Shown: in pieces, positions 1 to 5,952 of the stretch
Layout: each line of letters opens with the position of its first letter
Numbering within the stretch: the stretch's first letter is position 1
Assembly (NCBI GenBank): GCA_030830875.1
Contig: JAURMD010000058.1
Span: 1 to 34,590 of the forward strand
Source of the DNA: Thermoplasmatota archaeon
Lineage (GTDB): Archaea; Thermoplasmatota; Poseidoniia; Poseidoniales; Poseidoniaceae
Reading direction: 5' to 3'
Length of the DNA: 34,590 nucleotides
Notes under the pieces: model-generated
The model's database searches: none
Seen by the model: the letters and a program-made list of their open reading frames with translations, nothing else
What the model was told of the DNA's origin: nothing
Position numbers and translations under genes: made by a program

Positions 1-36
1 GTTGGAGATGGACACCGCATGACGCAATCCGGTGTG

Positions 37-43
37 TTTATAT
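37..43 (+). promoter_or_regulatory. TATA-box-like element (TTTATAT) upstream of the L7Ae gene string
   Basis: This is the only AT-rich heptamer in the GC-rich leader. It lies about 46 nt upstream of the ATG at 89 and is followed by the Shine-Dalgarno-like GAGGAGG at 75-81. The spacing fits an archaeal TATA at about -26 with a short 5' UTR. Confidence 0.4.
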
Positions 44-88
44 CCGCGCCACGGTGCGCTCGGCCTGCGAACACGAGGAGGCTATCCG

Positions 89-460
89 ATGAGTGTGCAT
101 ATCCGATACGAGACCCCTGAGGACCTGAGCAACAAAATCTACGAGCTGGTGCAGGCCTGCAACGGCACGCGCATCAAGCGCGGTTCCAATGAGGTGACCA
201 AGGTCGCGCTCCGAAAGACCGCCGCGTTCGTGGTCATCGCGGAGGACGTGAACCCCCCCGAACTTGTGAACCACATCCCGCTCATCTGCGAAGACAACGG
301 CATCGCCTACGGATACGTCCCCTCGCAGGAGTTCCTCGCGAAGGAAGCGGGCATGGAGCCCGGCGTCAAAGCAGCGAGCTTGGCCCTCATGGAGGTCCCC
401 AAGGCCGCGCAAGAGATGCTTGACGAGGTTCTTGAGACGATCAAGGGCCTGAAGGCCTGA
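89..460 (+). CDS. rpl7ae: 50S ribosomal protein L7Ae (k-turn binding)
   Basis: The translation [21 protein letters not shown]...[50 protein letters not shown] is a typical L7Ae/L30e fold signature. I trimmed the track ORF (32-460) to the ATG preceded by GAGGAGG. It is the first gene of the conserved L7Ae-S28e-L24e cluster. Confidence 0.93.
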   Translation: MSVHIRYETPEDLSNKIYELVQACNGTRIKRGSNEVTKVALRKTAAFVVIAEDVNPPELVNHIPLICEDNGIAYGYVPSQEFLAKEAGMEPGVKAASLALMEVPKAAQEMLDEVLETIKGLKA

Positions 461-473
461 AGGAGTGATTTCA

Positions 474-698
474 ATGAGCGAAGAGCTCGGAGGATGGCCC
501 GCTGAGGTCGTTGAAGTCGTCGGTCGAACCGGCATGACCGGGGAAGCCACGCAGGTCAAAGTTCGTGTCAATGACGCACCTAACCCTCGAGACGTTGGTC
601 GAATCATCACGCGAAACGTCCTCGGTCCGGTCCGGGTCGGGGACATCCTGATGCTCAAGGACACGGGCCGTGAAGCCCGCAAGTTGAACGCGAGGTGA
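474..698 (+). CDS. rps28e: 30S ribosomal protein S28e
   Basis: The motifs [24 protein letters not shown]...[28 protein letters not shown] match S28e. The ATG at 474 follows GAAGGAG, whereas the track start at 465 is a GTG. Confidence 0.92.
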   Translation: MSEELGGWPAEVVEVVGRTGMTGEATQVKVRVNDAPNPRDVGRIITRNVLGPVRVGDILMLKDTGREARKLNAR

Positions 699-703
699 AC
701 CTG

Positions 704-895
704 ATGCCTGAGCGACGAGTTTGCAGCTTCTCCGGCGATGAGATCGAACCCGGAACCGGGACGATGTATGTCCGACGTGACGGAAGCATCCTTTGGTTCA
801 AGAACTCAAAGGCCCGGAAGAATATGGTTCAACTGAAGCGCAACGCACGTCGCGTGAAGTGGACCCGCCATTACGTCAAGGGCGGCATCCAGTGA
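704..895 (+). CDS. rpl24e: 50S ribosomal protein L24e
   Basis: [57 protein letters not shown] is the L24e signature (GTG..Y.R.DG, KRNPR-like, KWT). I chose the ATG at 704 rather than the GTG at 695, which overlaps the S28e stop. Confidence 0.9.
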   Translation: MPERRVCSFSGDEIEPGTGTMYVRRDGSILWFKNSKARKNMVQLKRNARRVKWTRHYVKGGIQ

Positions 896-955
896 GGCTT
901 CGGCCTGACGGATGCTTCTTGAAGGACCTTCCTGACCACCCAACAGGTGAGCAAC

Positions 956-1402
956 ATGCAAACAACGTACATTATGATCAAGCCCGACGGAGTGCAACGC
1001 GGTCTTGTTGGGGAAATCATCGGACGGTTTGAGCGAAAGGGACTCCAACTTGTCGCCATGAAATCCGTCGTGCCCGATGAGGCAACGGCCCGCGCACACT
1101 ACGCTGTGCACGCTGAGCGGCCATTCTTTGAAGGCCTCATTTCCTTCGTTACCTCCGGCCCCGTGGTGTGCATGGCGTGGCAAGGCGTGGACGCCATCGC
1201 GGTGGCGAGGCGCCTGATTGGCTCCACCAACGGCCGCGAAGCGTCTCCAGGCACCATCCGTGGTGACTTTGGCATGGACATGGGATACAACATGATTCAC
1301 GGTTCGGACGCCGAAGAGACCGCAGCCAGCGAACTGGCCTTATGGTTCCCTGATGGCATGATGACGTGGACGCAGGACGCCCAACGCTGGGTCTACGAGT
1401 GA
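956..1402 (+). CDS. ndk: nucleoside diphosphate kinase
   Basis: [33 protein letters not shown]...GTIRGDFG...NMIHGSD includes the catalytic His motif NxxHGSD. The ATG at 956 is in frame with the GTG at 947. Confidence 0.93.
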   Translation: MQTTYIMIKPDGVQRGLVGEIIGRFERKGLQLVAMKSVVPDEATARAHYAVHAERPFFEGLISFVTSGPVVCMAWQGVDAIAVARRLIGSTNGREASPGTIRGDFGMDMGYNMIHGSDAEETAASELALWFPDGMMTWTQDAQRWVYE

Positions 1403-1415
1403 CCCCACCGACGAG

Positions 1416-3257
1416 GTGGTGAGCGTGGCTGACGACGCTCCTTCCGAGGAGGGCGGCGAACAGATCCCGCTGCGTGGTGAGAATCGTCAGCCAATTGTCA
1501 GCGTTCTTGGACACGTCGATCATGGCAAAACAAGCCTTCTCGACTTGGTTCGCTCCATCGGGGTGGATCGACAGGCCTCGGTGATGGACCGAGAGGCCGG
1601 TGGAATCACCCAACACATCGGAGCCACCGAAGTGCCAGCGAAGGTGCTGAACGAGACATGCGCATCGATGATGGGTGGACGGCCCTTCAAATCCCCTGGG
1701 TTGCTCTTCATTGACACGCCCGGGCACCACTCCTTCGCGTCCCTCCGGTCACGCGGCGGTCAGTTGGCGGACATCGCCATCCTTGTGGTCGACGTGATGG
1801 AGGGCCTTCAACCACAAACGGTCGAGAGCCTTGAGATCTTGAAACGAACACGGACGCCTTTTGTCGTGGCTGGGAACAAAGTCGACCGCTTGCATGGCTG
1901 GACGTCAGAACGGGGCCGCTCCTTTGCTGCGTCCTTCCGCGAGCAGCGGAAGGACGTTCAAGCCTTGTTCGATGAACGCTTTTGGAAACTCGTCAGCATG
2001 TTCGCTGAGCACGGATTCAACCTTGAGCGGTACGACCGAATCAAGAATTTCCGACAGGACGTGGCGCTTGTACCGATGTCCGCCAAAGAAGGCGAAGGCC
2101 TTCAGGACCTGCTCACCGTCACTGTTGGCCTTGCGGAACGTTTCCTAGAGGACCGCTTGACGGACACGCTTGGGGATGCGGAGGGCACCATTCTCGAGAT
2201 GAAAGACGAAGTAGGCATGAGCAAAACCATCGATGTGATCCTCTCCCGCGGTGTGCTTGCCACGGGTGATACCATCGTGTTTGCCACCTCGGATGGACCT
2301 GCCACGACGCGCATCAAGGGCTTGAAGCGACCAAGAGGCATGTCGGAGATGCGTGATGCTGGTGACCGTTGGGAAAGCGTTGACGTCGTCGAAGCAGCGT
2401 GTGGCGTCAAAATCGTTGCACAAGGCCTTGAACGGGCGCTGGCTGGAAGCACGGTGCGATTGGCTGTTGGTGAGGAAGGGCTCGCTCGTGCCCTTGCGGC
2501 ATGCCAACAAGAATGCCGCGTGGACATTGCACTGGCCGAAGAAGGCGTGGTCATCAAGGCCGATACCATCGGCGGATTGGAGGCCTTGGCCTACGAACTC
2601 AAACAACTCCATGTCCCCATCCGTATGGCGACGGTCGGCCCGGTCAACAAGCGCGACATCATGACGGCTGAATCGGCCAAGGACCCCCTCAATCGGATGA
2701 TTTTGGCGTTCGCTGTCGGACCAAATCGAGAGGTGGCCGAACGTCTGGAGAGCGAGGAGGCCCCTGTTGAGTTCGTTCAAGGGGACATCATCTACCACAT
2801 CATCGACCGGACCGAATCATGGCGCGCCGAGACGAAACAAGCCATGGAAGCAGCAGCACGGGAGGACCTTGTCCACCCTGGACGCTTGTTGTACCTCAAG
2901 GACCACACCTTCAGGGGTCGGGACCCTGCGATCGTTGGCGTTCGTGTGCTCGGGGGACGTGTCCACATCGGCCAGCGTCTCATGCGCGTGGACGGAACCC
3001 CGGTCGGCCAAGTCAAATCGTTGCGGACACGCTCCAGCGAGGACGTCAAAGAGGCCAAGCAAGGGGATGAGGTGGCTTGTGCCATCCAAGGCCCCACCGT
3101 TGGCAGGCACATCGATGAGGGTGATGAGTTCTTGGTTGACGTTCCAGAATCGCATGCTCGTCGACTTCGAAAGGTCGAGTTGACGGCTGTTGAGCAGGAA
3201 ATTTTGGACGAAATTGTTCGCTTGCACCGAAAAGAAAACCACTTCTGGGCTCGCTGA
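1416..3257 (+). CDS. infB: translation initiation factor aIF5B (IF-2 family GTPase)
   Basis: G-domain motifs GHVDHGKTSLLD, DTPGH and NKVD are present. The length of about 610 aa and the position after ndk match the conserved archaeal cluster. The motifs are contiguous, so there is no intein. The start is GTG and its exact position is uncertain. Confidence 0.93.
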   Translation: MVSVADDAPSEEGGEQIPLRGENRQPIVSVLGHVDHGKTSLLDLVRSIGVDRQASVMDREAGGITQHIGATEVPAKVLNETCASMMGGRPFKSPGLLFIDTPGHHSFASLRSRGGQLADIAILVVDVMEGLQPQTVESLEILKRTRTPFVVAGNKVDRLHGWTSERGRSFAASFREQRKDVQALFDERFWKLVSMFAEHGFNLERYDRIKNFRQDVALVPMSAKEGEGLQDLLTVTVGLAERFLEDRLTDTLGDAEGTILEMKDEVGMSKTIDVILSRGVLATGDTIVFATSDGPATTRIKGLKRPRGMSEMRDAGDRWESVDVVEAACGVKIVAQGLERALAGSTVRLAVGEEGLARALAACQQECRVDIALAEEGVVIKADTIGGLEALAYELKQLHVPIRMATVGPVNKRDIMTAESAKDPLNRMILAFAVGPNREVAERLESEEAPVEFVQGDIIYHIIDRTESWRAETKQAMEAAAREDLVHPGRLLYLKDHTFRGRDPAIVGVRVLGGRVHIGQRLMRVDGTPVGQVKSLRTRSSEDVKEAKQGDEVACAIQGPTVGRHIDEGDEFLVDVPESHARRLRKVELTAVEQEILDEIVRLHRKENHFWAR

Positions 3258-3291
3258 GGGCGACGAGCGCTTGACGTGTGAGGCACGCACG

Positions 3292-3299
3292 TTCAAATA
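3292..3299 (+). promoter_or_regulatory. TATA-box-like TTCAAATA upstream of the MoxR gene
   Basis: This AT-rich octamer lies about 42 nt upstream of the ATG at 3341, with GGAGGGTGA between them. The same octamer occurs upstream of the EF-1alpha gene. Confidence 0.3.
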
Positions 3300-3340
3300 C
3301 GGTATCACACGCCTGAATGGCTTGTAGGAGGGTGACTTCG

Positions 3341-4324
3341 ATGCACGCAGCAGATGCGAACACCGCCAAAATCATCAGCACAGTCTCCCAAATTTCCAAC
3401 GACCTCATGAGCGAGGTTGCGAAGGTCATCATCGGGAAGGAAGAAAACCTCCGGAGGGTAACCGTCGGGATCCTTTCCAACGGCAACATGTTGCTTGAGG
3501 ACTTCCCCGGCCTCGCAAAGACCCTCCTTGCGAACACCTTCGCGCGCGCGCTTGGTTGCAAGTTCAAGCGGGTGCAATTCACGCCTGACTTGCTTCCCTC
3601 AGACATCATGGGGACCTACATGTACGACCAGAAATCGGGGGAATTCAAACTCCGTGCAGGTCCCCTTTTCTCCAACGTTCTGTTGGCTGACGAGATCAAC
3701 CGGGCACCGCCTAAGACACAGGCCGCTTTGCTTGAGGCGATGGAAGAAAAACAGGTGACGATTGAAGGCATCACGCACAAACTTCCTGCTCCGTTCGTGG
3801 TGCTCGCGACCCAGAACCCGATTGAGCAAGAAGGAACATACCCGCTCCCGGAAGCGCAAATGGACCGTTTCTTGATGAAAATGAGCATGGGGTACCCCGA
3901 CCGTGCAGAAGAGAAGGCCATTTTGGCCCGCCGGAAGATGCGGGGCCAAGACGACCACGAAGTTGCGCAGGTGACCGAGCCGAAGAAGGTCGTCGCTATG
4001 CAGCGCGCCCTCGAAGGCGTCCACGTTGACCCGTCCATCCTCGCGTACATCGTCGAAATCGTGCAGCGCACCCGTGAAGACCATCGCGTTGTCAACGGGG
4101 CCTCCCCTCGCGCCTCACAAGCCCTGTTCAAGACTGGTCGTGCCTCCGCTGCCATTGCAGGCCGCACCTATGTGGTGCCCGACGACATCAAGTCGGTGGC
4201 TTTGCAAGTCATCGGCCACAGGATTGTCATGAAGCCTGAAGCAAAGATTCGAGGCATCACTGGCGGTCACATCGTTCGGAAGATCCTCTCCGAGGTGCCC
4301 GTTCCTGTTGTTCAACCCGTCTGA
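3341..4324 (+). CDS. MoxR-family AAA+ ATPase
   Basis: It has Walker A LLEDFPGLAKT and Walker B plus sensor LLADEINRAPPKTQAALLEAMEE, followed by VLATQNPIEQEGTYPLPEAQMDRF. This is the classic MoxR/RavA-like signature. The start was trimmed to the ATG after GTAGGAGGGTGA. Confidence 0.88.
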   Translation: MHAADANTAKIISTVSQISNDLMSEVAKVIIGKEENLRRVTVGILSNGNMLLEDFPGLAKTLLANTFARALGCKFKRVQFTPDLLPSDIMGTYMYDQKSGEFKLRAGPLFSNVLLADEINRAPPKTQAALLEAMEEKQVTIEGITHKLPAPFVVLATQNPIEQEGTYPLPEAQMDRFLMKMSMGYPDRAEEKAILARRKMRGQDDHEVAQVTEPKKVVAMQRALEGVHVDPSILAYIVEIVQRTREDHRVVNGASPRASQALFKTGRASAAIAGRTYVVPDDIKSVALQVIGHRIVMKPEAKIRGITGGHIVRKILSEVPVPVVQPV

Positions 4325-4388
4325 GCCCAGCACAGGCCGAGGTTGATAGAGGAGGAGGCACTCCTTCCGAGAGGAGGTGGACGAAGGC

Positions 4389-5351
4389 ATGGACCCCTAC
4401 AAGATGGTCATCGCTGTGACCAATCAGAAGGGTGGTTGTGCCAAGACCACCACAGCGGTGAACCTGGCCGCGGCGCTCGCTCGTGGCTACGAGCGAATGG
4501 GGCTTCCTCCTGCCAAGGTGCTCCTCATCGACCTTGACCCGCAAGGGAATTGCGCGACATCGTTCGGTATTGAGAAAAAGCGCATCAAAAAGACAGCCTA
4601 CGATCTTTTGACCAACGATCTGGGTGAAGCGTTGCCGTTGATGGAGGATTACCTGCTCGACCCACAGGACCTCACGAACGCAATGAGGAACGCGTTCATG
4701 CTACGAAATGAAAAGCAGCGCCCACCGACCTCACTCACCACGGAGAACCTCTGGCTTCTTCCGAGCGACATCCACCTCTCCGGTGCAGAAATCGAACTTT
4801 CCCATAAGATTGGACGGGAAACCCGCCTACGTGAGGCCCTCGCACCGATTGTTGACAAGTTCGACTACATCATCATCGATACCCCTCCCTCGCTCGGCCT
4901 GCTTTCCATCAACGCCTTGAGTGCCGCAAACTGGGTGGTCGCACCTGTTCAGGCAGAATACTATTCTTTGGAAGGCTTCAGCATGATGATGAACTCGATT
5001 CAAATGATTCAACGAAGGATCAACCGCAACCTGAAATTCTTCGGGGTCGTGATGACGATGGTTGATGCTCGGTCTAAACTTTCAAGGCACGTCGTAGATC
5101 AAGTGACCCTCAAAATGCCCAACACCTTGTTCAACACATCCATTCGAAGGCTGGTGAACGTCGCTGAAGCGCCTTGGTCAGGAGCCCCTACCGTCCTGCT
5201 GAACAAGCCAAGCCCCAATGGCGCCGGTGCAGGATCGTTGGAATATTGGACCCTCGCAAAAGAGTTCCACGATCGGGTCCTCGCAATGCGGAACCAATTC
5301 GGCGTGACCGAACCGAATCGAGTGCTGCTGGAATCCCAAGGTCGCCGGTGA
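4389..5351 (+). CDS. ParA/Soj-family deviant Walker-A ATPase (long form with internal insert and C-terminal extension)
   Basis: Motifs VIAVTNQKGGCAKTTTAVNLAAALA (KGGxxKT), LLIDLDPQGN, LLPSDIHLSGAEIEL, YIIIDTPPSLG and PVQAEYYSLEG are present. The region between DLDPQGN and LLPS is about 25 aa longer than in typical Soj. The start could be 4377 (GTG), 4389 or 4404. Confidence 0.85.
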   Translation: MDPYKMVIAVTNQKGGCAKTTTAVNLAAALARGYERMGLPPAKVLLIDLDPQGNCATSFGIEKKRIKKTAYDLLTNDLGEALPLMEDYLLDPQDLTNAMRNAFMLRNEKQRPPTSLTTENLWLLPSDIHLSGAEIELSHKIGRETRLREALAPIVDKFDYIIIDTPPSLGLLSINALSAANWVVAPVQAEYYSLEGFSMMMNSIQMIQRRINRNLKFFGVVMTMVDARSKLSRHVVDQVTLKMPNTLFNTSIRRLVNVAEAPWSGAPTVLLNKPSPNGAGAGSLEYWTLAKEFHDRVLAMRNQFGVTEPNRVLLESQGRR

Positions 5352-5441
5352 CTGGATTGGCATCGGCGAATGCCTCTGAAACGGGCACCTCCCCACGCGC
5401 GGCTTAAGTAGCCTAGATGAAAGGCGAGAGTGGGATGCACG

Positions 5442-5684
5442 ATGACAGCCAAGGGGATGACCTCCGTTAGCGTAAGCTACGAAGTACGACGCCAGTTGAA
5501 CACCTTACGAACACACGGAGGGTACCGCAGCGTCGATGAGCTGCTGCAGGACCTCATCCGTCAGCACCGGATGGCGCGCATGGACGGCAGCCTTGGAACA
5601 CTTCGTGCTCGCGCAAAGGACGCTGCGGATGTGGACGTTGACCATCTGGTCGAGCGGCTGAAGTTGGCTCCGTTCCGGGTGTGA
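5442..5684 (+). CDS. small ribbon-helix-helix (CopG/Arc/MetJ-like) DNA-binding protein
   Basis: The N-terminus MTSVSVSYEVRRQLNTLRTHGGYRSVDELLQDLIRQH fits a beta-strand, helix, G-turn, helix pattern. The gene sits about 90 nt downstream of parA, with a weak TATA-like TTAAGTA at 5404-5410. The call rests on pattern only, without a homology search. Confidence 0.5.
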   Translation: MTAKGMTSVSVSYEVRRQLNTLRTHGGYRSVDELLQDLIRQHRMARMDGSLGTLRARAKDAADVDVDHLVERLKLAPFRV

Positions 5685-5944
5685 TTCACGTGATGAGTTG
5701 GAAGCCACCTCAGGTGGCCTTTGATGCAAAACACCTCGTGCGAGCCTTGTTTGACTCATCCACAGAAGAAGCTCGCCTCCTTGAAGTCGCGGCCCGAGGG
5801 GACATCGATATTGTCGCTAGCCGCGGAGCATGGAACGGTGTTCTTTGGCTGATTCAAAGCACGGTGAAGGACGGAGGGCGTCCGGTGTACAGTGGCGATG
5901 AACTGGCGAAATTGCGTGAGGATCTGCCCATCACCTGGACCTGA
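5681..5944 (+). CDS. hypothetical 87-aa protein, start overlapping the RHH gene stop (GTGA)
   Basis: The 4-nt start/stop overlap is typical of coupled pairs. The N-terminus VAFDAKHLVRAL...TEEARLLE...IDIVAS weakly resembles the first half of a PIN domain, but the protein is too short for a full one. The gene ends 8 nt from the convergent 795-aa gene. Confidence 0.4.
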   Translation: MIHVMSWKPPQVAFDAKHLVRALFDSSTEEARLLEVAARGDIDIVASRGAWNGVLWLIQSTVKDGGRPVYSGDELAKLREDLPITWT

Positions 5945-5952
5945 CCTGTCGC

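Noticed and set aside
38-682. A 214-aa minus-strand ORF over the L7Ae/S28e genes.
   Set aside because: It is antisense to two unmistakable ribosomal protein genes.
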